Positions 41,001 to 50,339 of a stretch of DNA of 64,000 nucleotides are shown here, piece after piece. The DNA comes from Macrostomum lignano. Lineage: Eukaryota. How positions within the stretch are numbered: the stretch's first letter is position 1; each line of letters opens with the position of its first letter. The DNA lies in contig NIVC01000296.1 of NCBI GenBank assembly GCA_002269645.1, forward strand, positions 620,001 to 684,000, in the 5' to 3' direction. Made by a program: the position numbers and the translations under genes. The notes beneath the pieces were generated by a model. It saw nothing but the letters and a program-made list of their open reading frames with translations, ran no database searches and was not told the origin of the DNA.

Positions 41001-42024
41001 CGAGGAAAGCTCAGCCGACAGCTGTGTCTTCATTAGGAAAAGGGAGGATCTCACGGCCCTAGCTGTGTACGTTGACGACCTAATACTAATTGTGAAGAGT
41101 CTGGTGGAAATGCAACAAATCAAGGATGAACTTTCCAAAAGGTTCAAGATGAAAGACATGGGCGAGTTGCACTACTGTCTAGGTGTCAACATCCAAGCAA
41201 ACAAGGAGGACCGCTGTATCAAGCTTAATCAGAAGCAGTACATAACCAAACTGCTTGAACGCTATGGACTTGCAGAGGCGAACCCAGCCTTAACTCCGAT
41301 GGATCCCAACGTAAAACTAGCCAAATACGACGAGGGCAGCAAGCCAGTTGACTCTACAGTTTACCAGTCAATGGTTGGAAGCTTGCTCTATGCAGCAACT
41401 GCTACACGTCCAGACATCTCGTATGCAGTGGGAGTTGTCTCCAAGTTCAACAACAAACCACGAGAAATACATCTAACCGCAGTAAAACGCATCTTCCGAT
41501 ACCTAAAGGGAACAATCGACTTTGGCCTAGAGTACAAATCTAGTGTAGAGAACTTGATCGGCTATTCTGATGCAGACTGGGCGAGTGACGTAGATGATCG
41601 ACATTCCACCTCTGGCATCGTGTTTAAGCTATCTGGTGGCGCTATCAGCTGGCTTAGCAAGAAGCAATCAACTGTCTCACTCTCGACAACGGAAGCTGAG
41701 TACGTTGCGCTGAGCTCTGCAGCACAAGAAGCCATGTGGCTACGGCGGCTACTAAGTGATCTTGAAAGATCAGGATCTGAGCGACCCACTGTGATCTACG
41801 AGGACAACCAAGGAACCATTGCTCTTTCTGAGAATTCTGCTGGAAGTCGACGGACAAAGCACATTGATATCAGACATCACTTCATTCGTGAAGCCGTCAG
41901 CAATGGGACTATTCGGGTGGTCTACTGTCCAACTGGCGATATGGTTGCAGATGCGCTTACTAAGCCGTTACCGAAGGACAAGTTCATGCAACTGCGAACA
42001 ATGCTTGGAGTTGTTAAAATGTAA
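38065..42024 (+). CDS. Copia Gag-Pol polyprotein (1319 aa): gag zinc knuckle, protease, GAG-pre-integrase, integrase, RT, RNase H
   Basis: Uninterrupted ORF with CFNCGKMGHFARDC, WIIDSGAS, LWHQRLGH, RLVAKGYSQ, YVDDL, YSDADWA, ADALTK in Copia order. Confidence 0.97.
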   Translation: MADDKFQVDKLGSGNWTTWKIQIKFCLIARKLWGVVDGSVILAEDATQEQENDFREQQQRAAAVIVLSIKKELIYLITSCGEDPHRMWQALQQHFERESTANKIYLKKQLFRLQMSEGTRVQDHIRHMKELTDKLASINAPVSEEDQVVMLLSSLPESYSTLVTALEARGDDLTLQMVHQALINEEQKRSELSERGSGGTQGGESALKTQKGQGLPRRAIKCFNCGKMGHFARDCRSGGAKKFVKDQGPARYVAKTADGAATRDIAETSLDDYGPKSSCNETFFVSPAKTSSDISTWIIDSGASCHMTYSRELLVNYKQFGRPERVSLGDGRTVEACGSGQVKLIMLLPHGKRFKTAVTDVLLVPQLSCNLFSVRAAAAKDKVIQFGHSKCWIRNKDGLLVGKGSVVNRMYQLDCEVKLPANTAAVANSDSPDTSATLWHQRLGHVNEHQLNQMSKDQLVSGIPKLQTACVDFCEGCIEGKMHCKPHRSISEIRSTERLQLIHSDICGPMQTESFGGNKYFVTFIDDYSRCVKVFFMRQRSEVLDKFKKFEAMVTTETGLNIKALRTDGGGEYASSQFTKFLEQKGIRHETTVAHTPQQNGVAERMNRTLVESARTMMAHAGVSNQFWAEAVNTAAYVRNRVVTTALTPQMTPYQRWYGRKPNVGHFRVFGCVAYAHIPDVKRKKLDKKAEKLRFVGYNTDGRSYRLFDERLRKTVIRYDVVFNETDFGTSKNRARDKDASWFNLELDEPNMTEETPGQEQEQSTETDQKRYPQRERRAPDRLKYEGAKVASETEHFAFRMTEIVEPKTIDEAMKGDYAKQWKAAADSEYNSLMENETWDLVRLPEGRKAIGCKWIFKVKYDGDGKVDRFKGRLVAKGYSQKFGIDYEETFAPVVKFPSVRAMLALAAKHGLHVHQMDVVTAFLNGELCEEIYMEQPPGFVKPGEEELVCKLKKSLYGLKQAPRCWNKAFCDYLARINFEESSADSCVFIRKREDLTALAVYVDDLILIVKSLVEMQQIKDELSKRFKMKDMGELHYCLGVNIQANKEDRCIKLNQKQYITKLLERYGLAEANPALTPMDPNVKLAKYDEGSKPVDSTVYQSMVGSLLYAATATRPDISYAVGVVSKFNNKPREIHLTAVKRIFRYLKGTIDFGLEYKSSVENLIGYSDADWASDVDDRHSTSGIVFKLSGGAISWLSKKQSTVSLSTTEAEYVALSSAAQEAMWLRRLLSDLERSGSERPTVIYEDNQGTIALSENSAGSRRTKHIDIRHHFIREAVSNGTIRVVYCPTGDMVADALTKPLPKDKFMQLRTMLGVVKM

Positions 42025-43095
42025 CAGAGGAGTTTGAATTTACTGACATCTTAATCAGAATTTTGTGAAGACTGGACAAATTTTTGTAACCGCATAGATA
42101 GACAATTTTCATTAAGTGGGAGTGTTGAAAAAGTAATGTAAATTGTATCTATGCTAATTATAGTAACTCGTTAGATTCCCCAAGTCTTAGAACTTTCTAG
42201 AACGATACTGTATAAGTTTGTCTATGCCTAAAACTAAAGCTATTAAATCAGCCTCTGGCTTCATCCTCTCTTAACTTTTCCCTTTTGCTCGTTGACTAAG
42301 AAATATACTCGATCAGCTACACTACTGCGTTTGAAAAGCCAACAGACCCCTGCCAACAATGCTACTGACCCCTGCCAACAATGCTACTGACCCCTGCCAA
42401 CAATGCTACTGACCCCTGTCAACAATGCTACTGACCCCTGTCAACAATGCTACTGACCCCTGCCAACAATGCTACTGACCCCTGCCAACAATGCTACTGA
42501 CCCCTGCCAACAATGCTACTGACCCCTGCCAACAATGCTACTGACCCCTGCCAACAATGCTACTGACCCCTGCCAACAATGCTACTGACCCCTGCCAACA
42601 ATGCTACTGACCCCTGCCAACAATGCTACTGACCCCTGTCAACAATGCTACTGACCCCTGTCAACAATGCTACTGACCCCTGCCAACAATGCTACTGACC
42701 CCTGCCAACAATGCTACTGACCCCTGCCAACAATGCTACAGACCCCTGCCAACAATGCTACTGACCCCTGCCAACAATGCTACTGACCCCTGCCAACAAT
42801 GCTACTGACCCCTGCCAACAATGCTACTGACCCCTGCCAACAATGCTACTGACCCCTGTCAACAATGCTACTGACCCCTGCCAACAATGCTACTGACCCC
42901 TGCCAACAATGCTACTGACCCCTGTCAACAATGCTACTGACCCCTGCCAACAATGCTACTGACCCCTGTCAACAATGCTACTAACCCCTGCCAACAATGC
43001 TACTGACCCCTGCCAACAATGCTACTCATGACCCCTGCCAACAATGCTACTGACCCCTGACTTGCTACGATGTCAAGGCTCACGGGGGAATTGTG

Positions 43096-43206
43096 ACAGC
43101 AGATGATCCAATGCAAGGACATGACGAGAGTGATGCGATGGCTTGAAGATGGACGCGATATCGAGTGCCCAACGCACTGCATTGGCTATACTCTGCTGCA
43201 CGCCGC
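43096..43206 (+). repeat. 111-bp copy of ankyrin coding sequence 43895-44005
   Basis: 109/111 identical by eye; embedded in a degenerate GATGTCAAGGCTCACG repeat. Confidence 0.92.
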
Positions 43207-43787
43207 GTTGAGATGTCAAGGCTCACGAGCGGGGATTGTGGATATGTCAAGGCTCACGGGGCGGAATAGCTGAGATTTCAAGGCGTATACAAGGGGAATT
43301 GCTGAGGTTATTGCAAGAAGAAGCTACATGTAGTTTATTCAAAAATTTGTATTCCATTCTTTGTTGGCTCCCCAACGGGGGACGCTGATGGCTAGTACAA
43401 GGTACTATATCTAATATGATCCAAGAAGTATATAGCTTAGGGCTTGATCAATTTTTACGCTTTTTACTGTACATACAGTTTGTCATTGTTTGTACTTTTT
43501 TATGCATTGTACGCGCCCTGTTTTCGCGCAGTCTAGTTCAACCGTTTTTTTACTACCAATTCTCTTTCCAAACACCCATGGACGAGCGATAGTGTACGCG
43601 CTTTGTACCTGGTACCTTGTACAGTAATTCTATATTTAATTACATAGCCCAAGCAGCATGCTTTACAGTCACAACAGTTTGTGTGTAATGAGAGACGTAC
43701 AATATTAGGAAAGGCTATAACATTATGCCAACCCACAACTAGTCGAGCTAATATACTCGGATCGGCTTAAGTTTGGCCGAAGTTGCA

Positions 43788-46700
43788 ATGCTAAATCCGA
43801 TAAAACGCTTGCTCACAACAGTGAGTGCGATAGCGCGCTGCACTCGGCGGATCAGCACCGGCAGTTGCCAAGCCCACAGAGCCAGCCGCCTTCTACAGCA
43901 GATGATCCAATGCAAGGACATGACGAGAGTGATGCGATGGCTTGAAGATGGGCGCGATATCGAGTGCCCAACGCACAGCATTGGCTATACTCTGCTGCAC
44001 GCCGCCGCCAGGTACAACCGAGTCGGGCTGGTTGAACGCCTCATCGAGGGCAAAGCCAACGTCAACGCGCAGAGCCTGTGGGGCGCTGCGCCGCTACACT
44101 TTGCCGTCCAGAAGAACTCGCTGTTGTCTTTGAAACGCCTGCTGGCAGTGCCCGAAATACAGGTTGGCATCAGGACCAGGAACGGGCTCTCACCGCTGCA
44201 CTACGCGGCCGATCATGGCCACTTGGAGGCGGCCGAGCTGCTCGTGGAGGCCGGCGTCGACATGAACGAGCAGACAGCGGACGGCAGAGCTCCGCTACAC
44301 TTTGCCTGCTTGAAGGGCCACAAAGAGTTTGCTCTGTGGCTAATCGACTCAGGAATGGCGAACTGCAGTCTAATAAAGAAGGACGGTAAGACTGCGCTTC
44401 ACCTGGCGAACTTCGAAGACATTGCTAGACGATTGATTGAAAAAGGCGTCGGACTGAACACGAAGGATGTGAATGGCCGTACAGCTCTGTTCTTGGCTGC
44501 TGCCAGCAACAATGCAGAAGTTGTGGCTTCGCTATTGAAGGCCGGAGCACTTATTAACTTCGCAAACAATAAAGGACAGACCCCGTTTCACATTGCATGC
44601 AAAAATAATTGCGAAGAAGTCGTGCGCATGCTGCAACAGGAACGGCTCAATCCTAATGCTAGCGACAAGCTGGGCTGCAGCGCACTTCACTTGGCCACTG
44701 ATAATGGCCACTCTGAAATAGTTAAGCGGCTTCTCGAGAAAAAGAAGATTCGAGTCAACTCGCGTGACTGTCAGGGCCGGACGCCTTTATACTTTGCTGC
44801 TTATCGTGGGCAGATCAAAGCTGTAAAACTGCTGTCATAGTGCAATCGAACGGAGTTAAACATACAGGGCAACGACGGCAATACACCACTGCACGCGGCT
44901 GCGGATTGTGGCCACACGGAGGTTGTTGAAGCTCTATTGAAGGCAGGCTGCAATGTCAACCTGCACAACAGCACTAGGAGCGGGGTGCCTCTTCACTTTG
45001 CCGCTGACAGGGGCTTCGTCAAGATTGTGCAACTGCTCCTGGACTACGAAGCTGAAGTTGACGCTAAATCCAGCGAAGGCTGGACGGCGCTGCAATTCGC
45101 ATCGAGACTAGGCCGCACCGAGGTCGCTCGGATACTAGTGGTGCGCGGAGCGTGCGTCAATAGTTCTGGCCGCCATGGCTGGACGCCGCTGCACGTGGCC
45201 ACGCGCAAGGGTCACGGGGAAATTGTCAAGCTGCTTATTGGAAAGTCGGCCAATGTTGGCATCGAGCTTGAAGACGGGAATGCGCCGCTGCATTTTGCGG
45301 CCCAAAATGGGCATCCAGAAATTATTACAATGCTTTTAGATGCGGGAGCTTCTCCGACACAAAAGGCGCACCGCACTTCCTCGACGCCAATTGATCTCGC
45401 AGCAGTGTTTAACCGACATTTGTCATTAAAGCTGATGCTAAAGTCCCTTTGCCGAAAAGGCGTTGATCTGCTCAACGAAGAAAGCTTGGAAAGTCTTGAT
45501 AGAACCAAGCTAAAGGAGGCTCAAGAACTTCTGTCGACAGATAGACCACAGCGTGACACTAAGATACGGTACGTTCTAACGTGTGCCTTGTTGATAAATT
45601 CATTGCAGGAGTTGCATCATTGACCTTGAAACGCAAAAATATGAACGTGTAGAATAAAACAATGTTAAAAAAATTATTGATAAATATGATAACCCCGTCA
45701 CCAGCTCAGCGGTAAACGCGCCCGACTTTCACGCAACAGCCCCTGGTTCGATTCCGTGCACAGTCACATTAATTTTGGGGCTTGCGCACAAAGATTAGCC
45801 GGCGCTTGTCGTGCAATTCACAACCCATGAGGGCCAACCCCCAAGGCACAGAGTGTACATTGTACATTCCTATCGATTAGAAAGTCATGGCCGCTGTACA
45901 GCTTGTGCATGAGTGCATGTCTGCGTACAGTGCCTGCGTATGCGCATGTACGAGTATGCGCTCAGGAGTCAGCAGAGTGGGCAGAATTGCCTGAGAGCTG
46001 ATTGGGGCGATGTCGCCGAAGGTATAACGCCAGGCTGCCCACAGCCTTCCTGCAATTAATTAATATAAACATTATAAACCCCCGTCCTTACAACTTGCAG
46101 CAGCCAGGAACTGCACGAGGCAGTGAACGAGGCAGGCTTCATTCGAGAGAGATGCGTGACCCAGACAGCGATGAGTCATGTGTTAGAAGAAATTATTCAG
46201 TCACACTCAGGGCAGACCATGTGCCTGACAGGCAGCTTCTCCGAAGGCTGGGGCTGCTCCCTTACTCGATTGGATGGCATTGTGGATCTTAACTCTGATT
46301 TGGACATGACTGTCTTCATCAAGGGCCTTCGGTACCACCTGAAAGGATTTTGCAAGTGTACAAAGCTGAAAGAGTCTCCCGAAGACGATAACAGAAGACG
46401 AGAAATTGCTGAACGACAGCGTAACACCTTGGAATACAGCAAGGGACACGTAAAGTTCAGCGGACATTGTGAGTTTGCAGTAGGCGAATTAGTTTTTGCA
46501 TTGTAAGCAGTCAACAGATGTACTTAAACTAATAAATGCGACCCAAATTTTAGCCTCCAATCCAGTTCGCAACTTCTACGGATCCATAAAGCGTCCGGCC
46601 ATGGACGAAGCGGTCGCCTACAACTGCTGCTCCTATCCGGACATGCCGATCCTAGATGCCAAAACCACTAACATAAACAAGGTCTGCATGGATAAGCTCA

Positions 46701-48124
46701 AACGAGAGTCGCTCAGGCACAACTCCTGTCACTTGGTTTCCGCCGCCCCTCCCGGAATGGAGGGTCTCTACATAAGAGTTAGTACGGCCCTTCTCGAGAA
46801 GAAGATGACTAGGCATCTTAATATTGTCCAGGGTCAGGTTTTAACTATACTTAAATATCTCACCAAAAGTGTTGTCAATAAGAACAAACGAGCACTAAAG
46901 TCGTATCACGTTAAGACTTTAATTTACAGGTTGGTGAATGAGGTGGCAGAAGAGGAGTGGATGCCCAATAATCTCATTTCTCTTGTTGAAAAGGCTCTAA
47001 ACAAGCTAGCCGAAGATTTGGAAAAAGATTACGAGGGTGTTAAGCCGCATGACGTCATGCCTCATTTCTTTCTGCCTGACACAATGCTTCAACTGCATAG
47101 AGATGGACCCCACCGAGGTGAAGTGGCAAAAACGGTGCGCAATGTTTTTAGTAATTTGAATCGACATCTAATTGAATACAAGCGGCTGCTGCGACCCTTG
47201 GGACCTGACAAGCTGATGAATTTTCATCCATTTATGTACATTCCTCGAAGCCCAGTAAGTTCAAGTGGCCTCTCATCAGACTCGACTGAATATTTTGCGT
47301 TATTTGACCATATGAAGCGTCTGCTACTCTGTTTGACTAATGACATACAATCGGATAAATGCAGCCTGCTCAAGGATATCGATGCCATTCCGGTATTTGC
47401 CAAGACGGCGCGCGAATGCATGAAAGCGCTGGCACAGTTGAAATACGGTGAAGTCGATGCAGCTAAAGACACGGTGGAAGCTTTCGTCAACAGCGGCCAT
47501 CAGGTCTCTCGAGGAATTGAGGTTCGAGAGAACGCCAAAGCAGTTGACAATGAAATCGAACATGTTTGGCGGCAGCTGACAGAGACAGACTCGGCATATA
47601 AGTTCTGCTTCTATATTCCTCCACCTACGGATCCTAACCTTGACTTTGTGAGCCCGAGAATTAGCGATTGGGTTCCGCTCAAGCTTCTAGACTTTGATAG
47701 CTACTACGGCATAAATTTCGACGTTCTGATTAAGAGTTTCTACATGGAGTTCTTTCCTGACCACAAAGCGACGAAAATGAAGTGGTTTCGCGAACTCATC
47801 GATGGAGACCTCGACGTCAAAGGAATGCTGATGCTAATTGAGTTCTGCAACGAGTCAGTTTTGCTGCTCGATATGATTCACAAGCACAAGGCGTTGGTGG
47901 CTGCTTCGAAAATCCTACAAGATAAACTGGTTTTAAAAATTCAAGACATGGTAGGTCTGCTTTAATTTGTATTGTCAAATTACTTAGCGTCTACTCCGAA
48001 GGCTAAATACTCGTACGTGCAAACACGTCCCTTGCAGGAAGAACTGCAGAAGCAGTCAAAGACTAGGACTCTAAGAAAACTTATTCAGGAAGAGTTACTC
48101 GATCTGGACAGCTTCGGTCGGTGA
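43788..48124 (+). pseudogene. Ankyrin-repeat (~15) + Mab-21/cGAS-like nucleotidyltransferase (cGLR) gene; exons 43788-45568, 46101-47950, 48038-48124; disrupted as assembled
   Basis: Repeated G.TPLH.AA motifs; NTase GSFSEG...SDLDM; Mab-21 C-lobe SYHVKTLIY..W..NLISLVEKAL..L..HFF. GT-AG introns in phase. In-frame TAG at 44838-44840 and a +1 shift in the T-run at ~46495. Confidence 0.82.
45695..46055 (+). mobile_element. tRNA-derived SINE (family A, copy 2) in cGLR intron 1
   Basis: A-box CAGCTCAGCGG, B-box GGTTCGATTCC; body homologous to 21987-22344. Confidence 0.72.
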
Positions 48125-48764
48125 CATGCCATCGGCTTGCGCATTTTTATCGTTTAAGCCACCGTTTTTGGTTTGACGTGCGTTCTGAGAGATACCTACT
48201 TGACAGCGTAGGTGTTATTCTCATGTATATTACTCGTAGTTTAGTTTCCATAAGGACTTGCACAACAGTTCCTTTTTAAGGAAGCTACATTTTAGATGAG
48301 GAGCTTTGCAAGGTATAATCTTTTTTGATTGGAATGTGCGCTGCATGAAGGTAGCAGATGCATTTGCTGTGCATAGCAATATAACATTAACATTTATTCT
48401 TGCGGGAAACAATGTAGAATTTTGAGGGCGCGTAAGCGCCTGACAAAATTCTACATTGTTGCCCAGCAAAAATAAATGTTTATAATATTGTCATAATGTG
48501 AGAAAATTCCGGGCGTCAATGTCGAAAATTCCGGGCTCTGTGTTGTAACATACAATAAGTTTTAAGTGTCTAAGATCATTCTTTCTCCTCATTTGTCAAT
48601 TTAGGACCATAGACAAATAGGCATAGGTATTTATGGGCTTAGATTCACTATAAAAGGAAAAAGAACGTCAGGATAAATTTTAATTTGTTAGCATGTACCA
48701 CGCTTCAAACATGATCAATCATTTGATCAATTATTCAAATTTGCCTGGAAAAGTTGTATCTGGT

Positions 48765-49040
48765 ATGTCGACCGAAGAGCTGGCCTGGATTTCAGCGGAG
48801 CCAAACAGCCGGTAATTGGAGGAATTGAGCAAGGAATTCGCGGACAAGATCGAGTCAGAAGAGATTCTCGACATTCCAGACGACGTGATTGAAGAGCTAA
48901 ATGAGCTAGAACGCGATGGTATACCCGATTCTTCTGTTCGGCAGATGGAGGACAATATAAACCGTTTAAAGAGATTTCTGGAAGATAACAAGCTGTCAAC
49001 TGATCTATTACTAATTCCAAAGTCTATTTTGGCTAATTGA
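48765..49040 (+). pseudogene. Degenerate coding fragment, weakly resembling the N-terminal region of Crypton/DUF3504-type tyrosine-recombinase proteins
   Basis: MSTEEL..R*LEEL..IPDSSVRQMEDNINRLKRFLEDNKLSTDLLLIPKSILAN*; similarity from memory only; internal TAA at 48813. Confidence 0.25.
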
Positions 49041-50024
49041 TGCCCTGAAAATGCAGGCATAGGTAGTTGGAGACCGATCTATTAATAACTTAGTCCCTGA
49101 AAAGCATTTAGACTTACTTGGATAGGATTATACCACAGACAAAAACTCACTGACTGGGTCAAATCCAGCTGAAATGAGCTGAAATTCAATGATATCAAAT
49201 TAGCTCGCTACAACCATGGACCATTTCATGCATGTCGTAGTAATATCAGGTGCTCATTTTTTAACTGAATTTATCTTTTCATCCCGTCAGCTTGGGGGGG
49301 GGTCATTACAAGATTTGTGGGCACCCTGTTTTTATTCATTTCTATAACGTACCGAATTTCTGGCTTTCGTGGACGGATGGCGCAATCATATAAAAATTAC
49401 ACTATGTACAGGCAGCTACTTATAAATCAAGGCTATAAATCGTGCTCCTACTATTTTTATTCAATATTTATTCAGCTTCTGTAATATAAAAATAATCAAT
49501 TTGTACAGCGGGACGTCTATGGCTTTAAATGATCAGCTTAATTGTGCCAAATGCAATTGGCCTAAAATCATGTTTTTGTCTGCTTACGAATTTTATATTG
49601 TCTTGCAGCTAATAAGCGCGTACTTATTTTGTAGGACATCTTAAAAAGTTATTTTAAATCATTTTTTTCTGAATCTGATTAATGTAACTAATAAAATGTT
49701 ATCTCTGTTGTTCAGCACACGTCTCCAACTTACTCGTTTTATTTACTCAATATACATGTACTGATCGCGATGTAAAGAAATTGCTGTCTAATTTACATGT
49801 ATAGAATTTAAAAGACATGGCCTAATGGTCAACAAGTGGCGACTCGATCAGAGCGGGAAGACTATAGATCCAGCCAAACAAACGAATTAAAAGCACAAAT
49901 AGATCCGATCGTAATATGTTGTAATGTACGAGCCTCGAGCAAGTACAAGTGTTGTCCTTTGGCCTCGAGTTAAGAAGCAGCTTGTAAGTTTTGTATGTAG
50001 CGGTTTTGTGCATGTCTGGAATAT

Positions 50025-50339
50025 TTGGGGACAGGGGCGTCGCCATGGATTCTATGGTGGGGGGGGGGGGACAAAGCCTACATGTACATGCCAAAATTCC
50101 TACATGTACATTTTTTTCAGAATCGGTATTGTCAGCACTCATTTTTTCGCCGCAGGCACGATCATTTTAGCGCCGCAGGCACTCATTTTTGCGCCGCGGG
50201 CCACTCATTTTAGCTCCGCAAGCACTCATTTTGGCGCCGCAGGCACTCATTTTGTCGCCCTGCAACAATTAGTATTGATTCCCTCCAAAAGGTAAGGTGT
50301 GGGGGGAACAGAGCATTGGCATGTCCCCCCAGATCTTTT
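50025..50339. repeat. MITE-like segment with an internal 22-bp tandem repeat (GCACTCATTTTAGCGCCGCAGG, ~50133-50262); target of the Gypsy insertion
   Basis: CAGGGGCGTCGCC start, GGGGGGACA/TGTCCCCCC motifs continuing after the 3' LTR (GGGGGACAT ~55196). Confidence 0.45.

Larger units (their letters stand above)
37739..42344 (+). mobile_element. Intact, young Ty1/Copia LTR retrotransposon
   Basis: 222-bp LTRs 37739-37960 and 42123-42344 (TG..CA, one mismatch), TSD GACCC, PBS GGTTATGGGCCCAG..., PPT ATTAAGTGGGAG. Confidence 0.98.
37670..43060. repeat. 22-bp minisatellite (GACCCCTGCCAACAATGCTACT)n split by the Copia element (37670-37738 and 42345-43060)
   Basis: About 3 units left and about 32 units right of the element. 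Confidence 0.95.
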
